DNA from: an uncultured Gammaproteobacteria bacterium
GTDB lineage: Bacteria; Patescibacteriota; Patescibacteriia; UBA1558; 2-01-FULL-52-15
DNA: 64,000 nt
Direction of reading: 5' to 3'
Assembly (NCBI GenBank): GCA_964422585.1
Contig: CAYRBH010000005.1
Coordinates: forward strand, 3,401-67,400
The notes under the pieces are model-generated. The model ran no database searches, was not told the origin of the DNA, and saw only the letters and a program-made list of their open reading frames with translations. Made by a program: the position numbers and the translations under genes. Shown here piece after piece: positions 48,223 through 57,619 of the stretch (the first letter of the stretch is position 1; the number at the start of each line of letters is the position of its first letter).

Positions 48223-48723
48223 TTAATTGATCATCTCAGTATCAAGGAGCTCGTCGAGCTTCTTGTCGAGATCATCGAGGCTTATCTTAGCGTCCTTCTT
48301 CGATCCGGTCGTGGATTCATCAGAAGGCATCGCTGCATCTTGGCGCTTGCCAGGACGCATATCGGTTCCTTGGCCATGCGTTAATGCTCGACGGCGAGCA
48401 TTCTCTTGCATCAGGACTTCTTTCGCCGAGAGTGGCTTCTTGTCCAACAGCAAATACCGCATAATGAGTTTATGCAGCCTGAGGTCTTTCTGCAATTCGG
48501 CAACATTCAAGCTCTCCAGGTCGAATTCGTTCAGGAGATAGAAACCGAACTTTTCTTTATTAATTGGGTAGGCAAGCTTCTTCCTTCCCCATGATTCTTG
48601 CTTGGTGATCGTACCACCGAGCTTCTTCACCCATCCAGAGACTTCGTTCTGTATGGTTTCTAGCTGGTTTTCAGGCACATGAGCCGAGACCAGGTAGAGT
48701 AATTCATATTGTTTCATGAACAC
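48223..48723 (-). CDS. rpsF: 30S ribosomal protein S6 (with C-terminal extension)
   Basis: MKQYELLYLVSAHVPENQ...WGRKKLAYPI matches S6. It lies in the conserved rpsF-ssb-rpsR arrangement. Confidence 0.9.
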   Translation of the reverse strand: MFMKQYELLYLVSAHVPENQLETIQNEVSGWVKKLGGTITKQESWGRKKLAYPINKEKFGFYLLNEFDLESLNVAELQKDLRLHKLIMRYLLLDKKPLSAKEVLMQENARRRALTHGQGTDMRPGKRQDAAMPSDESTTGSKKDAKISLDDLDKKLDELLDTEMIN

Positions 48724-48883
48724 CTTACATTACTAATTAAGTAAGGACCTTCAGCACAAGGCCGATAGGTATGGCTGATACATGATCTTATAACGATGTT
48801 ACAGAGAACGTATCGGGCATTACCGTATCATAGAGTGCTCACTATGTCAAGAATAATATGATATACTATACCAATACTATTCT

Positions 48884-50089
48884 ATGCATACGTATCTCTG
48901 TATTTTGGGCCGTACTCCAGAATTATCTACCGAGGAATTATTGGTTGTAGCCAGAAAGCTTGGGCATATCGTCGAGGTTACCCCAGGATGTGTAGTGCTG
49001 CAGGGCTCATTCGATCCGGTGGCATTACTTTCACGCCTGGGTGGCACAATAAAGATAGCTCGGGTCGAGAAGACCATCAAGAGCTGGCAAGATATGACCA
49101 AGGATACCTGGCTCGCGATCTTGAGGAGCGAACTGCATGATGTGAAGGGTAAATTCCTGTTTGGCTATAGTATCTATGATGCACAAGGTCGGGCACAGAA
49201 GCACTTCTATGCTATCGGCTTGGCGTTGAAGAAGCATTTGAAGATTGCCGGAATTTCGGCCCGATTGGTCAGCTCGAGCGAGGAGGCATTGTCATCAGTC
49301 GTGGTCAGGAAGAATAACCTCATTGGTCGTGAGCTGATTGTCGTGCAGGGAGAAAAATGTTATCTGGGCCGTACGATGGCTGTACAGGACTTTGATTCAT
49401 ACGGCCTACGCGATTATGGACGGCCATCGCGTAATATGGAGCGAGGATTGTTGCCACCGAAACTCGCACAGGTGCTATTGAATCTCGCTGAAGTGACTAC
49501 CGCTACGAAGCTGCTGGATCCTTTCTGCGGTGGTGGCACGGTCGTGCAGGAAGCTTTGCTGATGGGTTTGCATGCGGTATGGGGGAGTGATATCGATCCG
49601 AAGGCTATCGAAGAGACGCAGAAGAATAGCACTTGGCTCTCAGAGCAGTTCAAGGTGCCGAAGCCGAAGCTTGCGGTAGCTGACGCGCTTGATCTAGCCA
49701 CGAGTTACCCTGATGAACATTTTGATGCCATAGTCACCGAGCCATTCCTTGGTCCAGCACGGATACTGCGCCAGAAAAGCCTGACGCGGGCAGAGCTTAC
49801 TCGGATTGTTGCCGATATTAGCCGCGTCTATAGTGACTTTTTCAGGTCTATGAGCTTGGTGTCAGCGCCTGGCGTGACAGCGGTAGTTGTGTTCCCTATC
49901 ATCAGGCTTTTCGGCAATGAGTATATGGTGGGAGATCTGTCGCAGATGGCGAAACATGGGTGGAAGCTCCAGACGCCTGAAGTATCGCATCGCATGCCAC
50001 AGCCGCATCTTTCTTCTCGGGGCCAACTGCTGTACTCTCGTGATGATCAGATCGTCTTGCGTGAAATTACGATATGGAAGCGTGTCTAA
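48884..50089 (+). CDS. RNA methyltransferase with N-terminal THUMP-like domain (Trm14/RlmL-like m2G family), putative
   Basis: An N-terminal ~150-aa domain, then LLDPFCGGGTVVQEA (DPFCGSGT-type motif I) and VTEPFLG (motif IV-like). Confidence 0.55.
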   Translation: MHTYLCILGRTPELSTEELLVVARKLGHIVEVTPGCVVLQGSFDPVALLSRLGGTIKIARVEKTIKSWQDMTKDTWLAILRSELHDVKGKFLFGYSIYDAQGRAQKHFYAIGLALKKHLKIAGISARLVSSSEEALSSVVVRKNNLIGRELIVVQGEKCYLGRTMAVQDFDSYGLRDYGRPSRNMERGLLPPKLAQVLLNLAEVTTATKLLDPFCGGGTVVQEALLMGLHAVWGSDIDPKAIEETQKNSTWLSEQFKVPKPKLAVADALDLATSYPDEHFDAIVTEPFLGPARILRQKSLTRAELTRIVADISRVYSDFFRSMSLVSAPGVTAVVVFPIIRLFGNEYMVGDLSQMAKHGWKLQTPEVSHRMPQPHLSSRGQLLYSRDDQIVLREITIWKRV

Positions 50090-50185
50090 TAGTTTGGTGT
50101 TTAGGGCTTACTATGGTATACTAGTTACTGTATATGACAGCAGTATCTCTCAAGGTTAGCTAAAAAATAAGCCTTTTCGAATAGG

Positions 50186-51502
50186 ATGGAAGAAAATAAA
50201 AATCAAACAGGACAAGCAGGCCCGAATGGCATTGTCGTCAAAGATTATGACGGCAATTTTAAGGTATTGAGCGACGGAGAACTGAAAGATCTCGATGCAT
50301 TGCTTTCGTCTACCGAGAGTAGCGGGTCCTCAGCACAGCCGATGTCAATGGCAGCTCAGCAGGATGGTGGTGTCCTTAGTTTTCCCAAGTTTACTGACCT
50401 GGCAGTCATCCCAAAGGATGAACATTTCCAGGCTCCTGAGACGAAACAGACCGGAAATAAGGTGGCTGAGTTACAGTTCCATCCTGACGATACAGCTGAG
50501 GTTGAGCGCGAACTAGAAAAGTTGAACGCAGCCTTTAATTTGAATACGCAGAAGCAGTACAGCGTTGCTAAGATCACGCAGAAGCTTATTGATAAGCACG
50601 GGCTGAAACTTTCTCAGGAGGATGTGTCAGCCTTGCATAAGGTACTCCTTTCTTATTTCCGTCAGGCACGAAGCTTGGTCGAGACGAGAGCTATGCTGAC
50701 CCAGTCGAAGCAGGCTGGTGGCCTTGGGATAGCCTTGGATACCGCTGACCATATGATCGCCGTCTTGAAGCATTTGAAGCTGAAGATAGAGGAAAGCGAC
50801 GGCATCGTTGTTGAGGTTGATGAGCCTTCAGCAGGTGCTGCGCCAGCATCTCCGAAAATGGTCGAAGAGAAGAAAATCCAGCCTCAACAAAGGCCAATGC
50901 CTGCTCCGGAACCTCCCAAACCTGCCCTGCCGAATCTCGCGACGTTTACGCCGCCTCCGATGGCAGCAAAAGTAGAACCAGCTCCCGTAAGGCCAATGAC
51001 ACCGCCACCCGCTCCTGCCCCGGAGCCTCCGCGTCCAGAGCAGCCGAAGACGCCGGAACAGCCAAGGCCTGTTGTAGCGGAGGAGACGCCGAAGATCAAT
51101 CGACCGCAGATCCCTAGTTTCAAGCCCCCGATGATGGAGATTAAGCGCCCGCAGACAAATGCTGTTCTTTCTGGAAAACCGACAGGGCGTGTCGACGAAC
51201 TTGCCCTCATGGACATGGCAACGTGGCGCATGCTCGATCCTGATCCACGCATCCGCGCAGGCAAGATCTTGGGCAAAATACAGAACTTGGAACAAGAGTC
51301 ACTGACCAGAAAGAGCCAGGGCATTCAAGCATGGCGTTCGAACGAGGTATATCAGTACTATCTGATGATCGGGCAGATGAGCTTGGAGCAGAAGAAAGAT
51401 GTCGCCGAAGTGATACAGGCTTTGACCGCGCAGGGCCAGCAGACATTGACCCTTGATGAGTTCGAGGCGATCTCGGACCTGAATAGAATGTTACGATACT
51501 AG
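50186..51502 (+). CDS. Hypothetical protein with central Pro-rich segment; first gene of the T4SS-like operon
   Basis: 438-aa ORF with a PxP-rich region (PAPEPPKPALP...PPPAPAPEPPRPEQPKTPEQPRP). The stop lies 2 bp before the PrgI-like gene. Confidence 0.4.
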   Translation: MEENKNQTGQAGPNGIVVKDYDGNFKVLSDGELKDLDALLSSTESSGSSAQPMSMAAQQDGGVLSFPKFTDLAVIPKDEHFQAPETKQTGNKVAELQFHPDDTAEVERELEKLNAAFNLNTQKQYSVAKITQKLIDKHGLKLSQEDVSALHKVLLSYFRQARSLVETRAMLTQSKQAGGLGIALDTADHMIAVLKHLKLKIEESDGIVVEVDEPSAGAAPASPKMVEEKKIQPQQRPMPAPEPPKPALPNLATFTPPPMAAKVEPAPVRPMTPPPAPAPEPPRPEQPKTPEQPRPVVAEETPKINRPQIPSFKPPMMEIKRPQTNAVLSGKPTGRVDELALMDMATWRMLDPDPRIRAGKILGKIQNLEQESLTRKSQGIQAWRSNEVYQYYLMIGQMSLEQKKDVAEVIQALTAQGQQTLTLDEFEAISDLNRMLRY

Positions 51503-51504
51503 CA

Positions 51505-51966
51505 ATGCAAAAATTCGTGGTACCACAATTCATCGACGTCGAGAGCAAGATCCTGGGTCCTATCACGGTCCGGCAGTTCGCGACGGTCGCGGTCGGCGCG
51601 GTGTTCCTCTTCGCTGCCTATAAGCTGGCTACGTTTAATTTATTCCTGATCTGGGCGACTCTCATTCTCGGAGCTACCATGTTGCTCGCATTCTTTAAGT
51701 TCAATGGCCTTCCTTTTCACATCTTCATGCTGAATGTCGTATCCACCTATAAGCGTCCTATGCTGCGGGTATGGCTGAAAGAAGAGTATAAACCAGTGAA
51801 AGAATCCAAGAACAATAAAGATAAGGCTGAAGAGAAATTTTTCGTCCCGAAGAAGGAATTTTCATCCGAGAAGCTCTCTGAGCTTGCCCTCATAATCGAT
51901 ACGGGCGGTATCTATAAAGGGGAGGCGGAAGCGAATCGTATCAATAAGTCTTTGTATGAAAAGTAA
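51505..51966 (+). CDS. PrgI/VirB3-like small membrane protein
   Basis: 153 aa. The N-terminal ...IDVESKILGPITVRQFATVAVGAV... is followed by two TM helices, and the gene sits directly upstream of VirB4. This is the pattern of PrgI/TcpE/ConD-family proteins, recalled from memory. Confidence 0.5.
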   Translation: MQKFVVPQFIDVESKILGPITVRQFATVAVGAVFLFAAYKLATFNLFLIWATLILGATMLLAFFKFNGLPFHIFMLNVVSTYKRPMLRVWLKEEYKPVKESKNNKDKAEEKFFVPKKEFSSEKLSELALIIDTGGIYKGEAEANRINKSLYEK

Positions 51967-52636
51967 GGCATTACAAGGTAATAAACCGAAGGTCTCTACG
52001 CAGCGTTTCTTGGATATCGCGGAGATCCGCGATGATATGGTCGTGATGAAGGATGGGACGGTGCGCGCGGTTCTGATGGTTTCGTCGGTTAACTTCGACC
52101 TTAAGTCTGAGGAAGAGCAGAATGCCATGGTCGGATCCTATGTGCAGTTCCTGAACTCACTGCAATTCCCTTTGCAGATCGTAGTACAGTCGCGTCCGTT
52201 GAATATCGATGAGTATATACAGCGCCTTATCATCACCGAACGCGAACATTCCAATGAGCTGCTGCGCATGCAGACCGCCGACTACCGCAATTTCGTTAAT
52301 GACCTGGTACATCTTGAGAAGATCATGAGCAAGAAGTTTTTCATCGTAGTGCCGTATGCGCCAGGGCAGGATAATAAGTTGAAATTCAGCGACCGCTTCG
52401 TAAGTTTGTTCTCGACAGCCAAGGCGGTTACCGTGAGCCGTAAGAAATTTGAGAACTATTCCCGTGAACTGAATAAGCGCGCGCTCTTCATCTATTCAGG
52501 CACGACCAGTATGGGATTGACCGCTCGCCGTTTGAATACACAAGCCCTGATTGAGCTGTATTACAATAGTTATAATCCCTCCCTATCTCAGAATGAGCAG
52601 TTGGGAGACATTAATGAATTATCAATCGACGAGTAA
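51956..52636 (+). CDS. VirB4-family N-terminal domain, encoded as a separate ORF (split VirB4, part 1)
   Basis: STQRFLDIAEIRDDMVVMKDGTVRAVLMVSSVNFDLKSEEEQNAMVGSYVQFLNSLQFPLQIVVQSRPLNIDEYI resembles the N-terminus of Gram-positive conjugative VirB4 ATPases (PrgJ/TraE/TcpF type). The TAA stop overlaps the next ATG (TAATG). Confidence 0.55.
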   Translation: MKSKALQGNKPKVSTQRFLDIAEIRDDMVVMKDGTVRAVLMVSSVNFDLKSEEEQNAMVGSYVQFLNSLQFPLQIVVQSRPLNIDEYIQRLIITEREHSNELLRMQTADYRNFVNDLVHLEKIMSKKFFIVVPYAPGQDNKLKFSDRFVSLFSTAKAVTVSRKKFENYSRELNKRALFIYSGTTSMGLTARRLNTQALIELYYNSYNPSLSQNEQLGDINELSIDE

Positions 52637-54543
52637 TGTTTAAACCAAAAGAAGCGCAAGCGACGAAGCAGCAAGAGGATCAGCCGATGCTCTCGTTCGA
52701 GGAGCAGAAATCGATAGGCGTAGAACGAGCGGAGACCGAAGGCGAATTACTCTTGGCGGAGAAGGCGTTCCGCGAGGGTGTCGTCTCAATCACCGATATT
52801 ATAGCACCGGCTGCTTTCAAGGTAGACTCCAGCTTTGTACGCTTGGGAGAACAATTCGTGCGGACAGTATTCGTTGTCGCTTACCCGCGCTATATTACGA
52901 TCGGCTGGTTCGCGCCGATCATCAATTTCAGCCTGGCGCTCGATATCGCGATGTTCTTCTATCCGGTCGACAGCGCTATAATCTTGAAAAAGTTGAAGTA
53001 TAAGGTCGGAGCCATCGAAGCGCAGATAGCCGCAGACTTAGAGAAAGGTGCGCCTCGCGACCCTGTGCAGGAAACAGCGCTCAGGGACATCGAGTCTTTG
53101 CGTGACTCACTGAGCCAGGGCACTGAGAAATTTTTTAAATTCGCTCTGTATATCACGCTGTACTGCAAATCCAAAGAAGAGTTAGATTCGAATACCGATA
53201 AGATCGAGAGTACGCTTGGTGCATATTTGGTCCTTTCACGCAGGTCGCTCTGGCAAGCGGAGCAAGGCTTCAATTCGACTCTGCCTCTCGGCAATGATGA
53301 GATCGCGATCTCGAACAATATGTCATCATCGCCGGCGGCCGCATCGTTTCCCTTCATTTCATCTGAGCTCACCTCGGATAATGGCATCATGTATGGCATC
53401 AATCGGCACAATAACAGCTTGATTATTTTCGATCGTTTCAGCTTACAGAATGCGAATTCGGTCGTCTTCGCGACCTCAGGCGCGGGCAAAAGTTATACGA
53501 TCAAACTCGAAGTGCTGCGCAGCATGATGTTAAATACTGATGTCATCTGTATTGATCCTGAGAAAGAGTATCTGCATCTCTCTGATGCTGTCGGCGGCAC
53601 TTACATCAACTTGTCATTGAACTCAGATAGCAAACTGAATCCTTTCGACCTGCCGACGAACTTGGGTGACAGCAAGCCAGAGGATGTACTCAGGAGCGCG
53701 GTAATCACGCTGAAAGGCTTGATCAGACTCATGGTCGGTGAATTGACGCATGATGAGGACTCGATCGTCGACCGTGCCTTGCTTGAGACCTACGCGAAGA
53801 AGGATATCAGCTCGACCAGCGATTGGTCGAAAGCGGAAATGCCGCTCATGGCTGATCTTGAGCAGATACTCGCTGGTATGATCGGGGGAGAGGACCTCGC
53901 TCTGCGTATCAAGAAGTACACACAAGGAACCTTCTCTGGACTGTTCAATAGCAGGACTAATGTTGACATTACGAATCAGCTTGTTGTCTTCAGCGTCCGC
54001 GACTTGGAAGATGAGCTGCGGCCGATCGCTATTTATACTATCGTAAACTATATCTGGAACGTGGTGCGCTCACATGTGAAGAAGCGCATCCTGGTCATCG
54101 ATGAAGCGTGGTGGCTCATGCAGCATGAGGATTCGGCGAAGTTCATCTATGCCTTGGTCAAGCGTTGCCGCAAATACTACCTGGGCGTCACGACCATTAC
54201 GCAAGACGTGAATGACTTCCTGCGATCACCTTATGGACAGGCTATCGTTACCAACTCCAGTATGCAGATCCTGTTGAAGCAATCACCTGCATCCGTTGCG
54301 CTCATTCAGAAGACCTTCATATTGACCGAGGGTGAGAAGTATTTACTGCTCGAATCAGGAGTCGGAGAAGGCATTTTCTTCGCCGGTAACAAGCATGCCG
54401 CGATTAAAGTGCTCGCTTCCTATACTGAAGATCAGATCATCACCTCAGATCCGAAACAACTTTTGCAAATAGAGGAATCTAAGAAAGAGTTCAAGCAGGC
54501 TATGCAATTGCAGCAGGAGTCTGCCCCTGAGCCAGCAGCTTAA
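52636..54543 (+). CDS. VirB4-family T4SS ATPase (split VirB4, part 2; contains the full ATPase core)
   Basis: Walker A VVFATSGAGKSYT, Walker B ILVIDEAWWLM, and the surrounding AAA_10/VirB4-type blocks (VAYPRYITIGW..., GINRHNNSLIIFDRF, TTITQDVNDF). Confidence 0.85.
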   Translation: MFKPKEAQATKQQEDQPMLSFEEQKSIGVERAETEGELLLAEKAFREGVVSITDIIAPAAFKVDSSFVRLGEQFVRTVFVVAYPRYITIGWFAPIINFSLALDIAMFFYPVDSAIILKKLKYKVGAIEAQIAADLEKGAPRDPVQETALRDIESLRDSLSQGTEKFFKFALYITLYCKSKEELDSNTDKIESTLGAYLVLSRRSLWQAEQGFNSTLPLGNDEIAISNNMSSSPAAASFPFISSELTSDNGIMYGINRHNNSLIIFDRFSLQNANSVVFATSGAGKSYTIKLEVLRSMMLNTDVICIDPEKEYLHLSDAVGGTYINLSLNSDSKLNPFDLPTNLGDSKPEDVLRSAVITLKGLIRLMVGELTHDEDSIVDRALLETYAKKDISSTSDWSKAEMPLMADLEQILAGMIGGEDLALRIKKYTQGTFSGLFNSRTNVDITNQLVVFSVRDLEDELRPIAIYTIVNYIWNVVRSHVKKRILVIDEAWWLMQHEDSAKFIYALVKRCRKYYLGVTTITQDVNDFLRSPYGQAIVTNSSMQILLKQSPASVALIQKTFILTEGEKYLLLESGVGEGIFFAGNKHAAIKVLASYTEDQIITSDPKQLLQIEESKKEFKQAMQLQQESAPEPAA

Positions 54544-54554
54544 ATACTACTCGT

Positions 54555-55145
54555 ATGCAGCAGCAACAAGGAAAATACAATAAGAATCGATTGGCAGCAC
54601 TGGGTGTATTGATACTGCTGCTCCTGTTGCTGCTCTTCCTGATATGGTGGTGGTTCATACCGCACTCGAGTGCGCCAACGGGCCCGCAGCCTACCGCGAC
54701 CGCGCCTGCGCACGATACGGTGGTATTACCGCCACAGCAGGCGCCAGCGACCGATGTGCAGCCCAAAGTTGACACGCCAGCCCCTGGCGAGACTGAAGTG
54801 CGCTCTCTCGCGCGGAATTTCACTGAGCGGTATGGGAGCTGGTCGACCGATAGTAAGTTTCAGAACCTTAAGGATTTGTTCCCGAATATAACCTCACGAT
54901 TGCAGGCGTCATTCCAGAAAACGATTGACACCTCATCGGCGCCGACTGATTTCAAGAGCGCTGAGACGCGGGTGGTCCAGATACAGATCGACTCGCTAAC
55001 GGCGACCAAGGCCAGTGTCTTGGTCACGGCACAGCAGACGACCCGCGATGCCGCGCTGAAAGAGACGCAAGCTTTCGTGAAACTAGCGCTCACGATGGTG
55101 AATGATGGTAAGTATTGGTATGTGGACAGCGCTGAGTGGAAATAA
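54555..55145 (+). CDS. Bitopic membrane protein with C-terminal NTF2-like domain; candidate VirB8-like component
   Basis: An N-terminal poly-Leu TM helix and a P/T/A linker, then a ~120-aa domain ending ...VNDGKYWYVDSAEWK with a strand pattern suggestive of an NTF2-like fold. Topology and position match VirB8. Tentative. Confidence 0.3.
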   Translation: MQQQQGKYNKNRLAALGVLILLLLLLLFLIWWWFIPHSSAPTGPQPTATAPAHDTVVLPPQQAPATDVQPKVDTPAPGETEVRSLARNFTERYGSWSTDSKFQNLKDLFPNITSRLQASFQKTIDTSSAPTDFKSAETRVVQIQIDSLTATKASVLVTAQQTTRDAALKETQAFVKLALTMVNDGKYWYVDSAEWK

Positions 55146-55154
55146 TAACTACCT

Positions 55155-55736
55155 ATGGCTGAAGCAGTACAACAATTCCCTTACTATGACGCAGTAGCGC
55201 GCGATCAAGAAGAAGCGCGCCGCGCGCGCGAATTGCGCGCGCGGCGAGTGATGACCGGCGCCCTTCGAGCTGAACAGGGCCGTCAGAGCGCCTTCGGCCA
55301 AGTCGGTCAATCGGCCGAGGCTTTGCAGGAGATCCAGAAGAAAATAAAGAATATACGGAATGTCGTCACGCTTATCGGAGGACTGACTTCGCTCACCCTG
55401 ATTGGTATTATTTGGACCATTATACAATGGAATCTACAGATGATATGGAAAGTATTTGGATTGCCAGGTGAAAATTATTTTGGCCTTTCCTGGTGGCTTG
55501 TGCCGGTGATACTATTGGTTGATTTTATCCTGTTTATACTTTTTATTGCAGTGATGCTGGTCGCGTTCTTCGTTTCAAATCCGACCCAAGCCTGTAGCAT
55601 CGCTCCCGATCTGACGAAGTTAGCGCTTGGCGATGGATTCATAGGAACCTTGGGTACTTTAGGAGCTAAAGTGCTCTGTGGCATCCCTGCTCTGATCAGC
55701 CACGCTGTAGATACAATTAAGAGCGCGGTTCAATAG
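55155..55736 (+). CDS. Hypothetical membrane protein (Arg-rich N-terminus, 3-4 TM helices)
   Basis: 193-aa ORF inside the operon with RRARELRARRVM followed by hydrophobic helices. No family recognised. Confidence 0.35.
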   Translation: MAEAVQQFPYYDAVARDQEEARRARELRARRVMTGALRAEQGRQSAFGQVGQSAEALQEIQKKIKNIRNVVTLIGGLTSLTLIGIIWTIIQWNLQMIWKVFGLPGENYFGLSWWLVPVILLVDFILFILFIAVMLVAFFVSNPTQACSIAPDLTKLALGDGFIGTLGTLGAKVLCGIPALISHAVDTIKSAVQ

Positions 55737-55737
55737 T

Positions 55738-56970
55738 ATGGATAGAAAAAGAATATTACTTATCACGTTATTCATCCTGTCGGTCATTCTGTTCGGCTGG
55801 GGTTTGTATGCGATATTCTTCAGCAGTCTCTTGCCGGGCGCTCCTACCAATGGGAATACGAATCAAGTTGGCACCTTGCCAACCCCTGGCAATGGCGGTC
55901 CGGGCAGAGTCAATACCAATGCAAGCCAGACACCGGTGCTGCCCGGTTTCTCGACGACTATCGATGTGAATGCGCCCACGGATATCGCACAGGGCGGCTA
56001 TACTAAAGTAGTGGATTATGGTTCAACGCAGGTTCAGGACTTCGTTTCCGGATCCCAGGGGGCTTTTTTCTACAACAAAGACTCGGGCTTATTCTATAAA
56101 ATGGATGCTGGCAAGGCAGTACCGATTTCTGATCAGAAGTTTTTTGATGTAAGTACTATTACCTGGTCTGCTGATCAGAGTAAGGCTATCCTGGAGTATC
56201 CTGATGGCTCGAATATCGTCTACGATTTCAAAGCGAATAAGCAGATATCCTTGCCGAAAGAGCTGACCGATTTTTCGTTCTCGCCGCAAGGTGATTCTAT
56301 AGCCGGCAAATGGATGGGCAAAACTAATGATGAGAATTGGCTCATGGTGGGAGATTCGAATGGTTCGAATTTTAAGCTGATTGAGCCGCTCGGTGATCGA
56401 TACAATAATGTGCAAGTAGATTATTCTAATGACGGGCAAGTCGTGGCCCTGGTGCGAGACCCGGTCGACGCGAACACACAGAGCGTACTGCCTATCGGTT
56501 TGAATGGTGAGAATTTCCCCTCATTCAATGTGGAAGGGCTGAAATTCGAGAGCAAATGGGCCCCCAGCGGCGATCAGTTGCTCTATAATGTCTCGACCAA
56601 AGACAATAACTATGATCCTAAGCTCCTCATTACCGGTGGTAATGGTGATACGCTTGGTTCGAGCAGTCTGGATCTACAGCTGAACACCTGGGCTTCGAAA
56701 TGTGCCTTCAATGCAGCCTCGACTTCGCTCTATTGTGCCGAGCCAACGAGTTTGCCGCGCGGTTCAGGTCTCTATCCTGATCTGGCGCGGGGTATTCCTG
56801 ACGTGTTCTATCGTATCGACCTGCGGAGCGGACAGAAGATACCGCTGGCAGTCCCGGTCGGCAATCAATCGTCGTATAGCGCTTCATCGGTATTCCTGTC
56901 GCAGGATGAAAAGTCATTGTACTTCGTCGATGAATTGACCAATCAACTGCATTCGATACGGCTACAGTGA
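55738..56970 (+). CDS. N-terminally anchored beta-propeller-like (TolB/WD40-like repeat) protein
   Basis: A TM helix, then a G/N/P/T linker and repeated ~40-aa blocks with aromatic/Gly/Asp patterns (..DGS.IVYDF.., ..DGQVVALVRD.., ..SGDQLLYNV..). Confidence 0.35.
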   Translation: MDRKRILLITLFILSVILFGWGLYAIFFSSLLPGAPTNGNTNQVGTLPTPGNGGPGRVNTNASQTPVLPGFSTTIDVNAPTDIAQGGYTKVVDYGSTQVQDFVSGSQGAFFYNKDSGLFYKMDAGKAVPISDQKFFDVSTITWSADQSKAILEYPDGSNIVYDFKANKQISLPKELTDFSFSPQGDSIAGKWMGKTNDENWLMVGDSNGSNFKLIEPLGDRYNNVQVDYSNDGQVVALVRDPVDANTQSVLPIGLNGENFPSFNVEGLKFESKWAPSGDQLLYNVSTKDNNYDPKLLITGGNGDTLGSSSLDLQLNTWASKCAFNAASTSLYCAEPTSLPRGSGLYPDLARGIPDVFYRIDLRSGQKIPLAVPVGNQSSYSASSVFLSQDEKSLYFVDELTNQLHSIRLQ

Positions 56971-57617
56971 TGAAGCGTTTTTTTATAGTGTTAGGTATTC
57001 TTCTGGTAGTTATCGGAGGCTTGGCATTGCTCATTAGCATCTATGGGACGGAGGATCAGCAAGCAGCCACTCCCGTAACAACTCCTGTGCAGCATGGGTT
57101 GCACGCTGCAGACACCGATCCTTCTCAGGGACCACGTAATGGGAAGGTGACGGTCATCACGATGAGTTCATTTACCTGTCCAGCATGTAAAAGTACGAGC
57201 GAAGAGATGGATCAGTTGCGGGCGCTCTATCCGGATCAGGTCCGTCTCGTCTGGAAGGATCTGCCTGATACCGTTGGTACTGCCTATCAGGCCGCGATAG
57301 CTGCTCGTTGCGCTCAGGAGCAAGGCAAGTTCTGGCAATTTCACGATGTTCTTTTTCAGAAACAAGATTTTCTAGCGACGCGTTCCCTGTATACCTTATG
57401 GGCTCAGGCTCTAGGTATGCTGAGCGATGTATTCGATAACTGCCTGGATAAGCAACAGACGAAGCCGCTCGTCGATGCTAATATCAACGAAGCGCTCCAG
57501 CAGGGTGTGAAACTGGTCCCTTATGTGCAAATAGGGGATATGACCTATGAAGGGCCGCAGACGCTTACGGTGTATCGGACAGCAGTCGATCAAGCTCTTG
57601 GTATGACAAAGAAGTAA
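56967..57617 (+). CDS. DsbA-like thiol:disulfide oxidoreductase (membrane-anchored)
   Basis: An N-terminal TM helix, then a thioredoxin fold with SFTCPACK (CPxC), DsbA-like helical-insert sequence (FWQFHDVLFQKQ) and a cis-Pro region (KLVPYV). Confidence 0.75.
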   Translation: MMKRFFIVLGILLVVIGGLALLISIYGTEDQQAATPVTTPVQHGLHAADTDPSQGPRNGKVTVITMSSFTCPACKSTSEEMDQLRALYPDQVRLVWKDLPDTVGTAYQAAIAARCAQEQGKFWQFHDVLFQKQDFLATRSLYTLWAQALGMLSDVFDNCLDKQQTKPLVDANINEALQQGVKLVPYVQIGDMTYEGPQTLTVYRTAVDQALGMTKK

Positions 57618-57619
57618 GT

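Noticed and set aside
51956-52636. Interpreting the 226-aa ORF as VirB8 or an independent accessory protein
   Set aside because: Its sequence follows the N-terminal conserved block of VirB4-family ATPases and it has no TM helix, so a split VirB4 is the better explanation.
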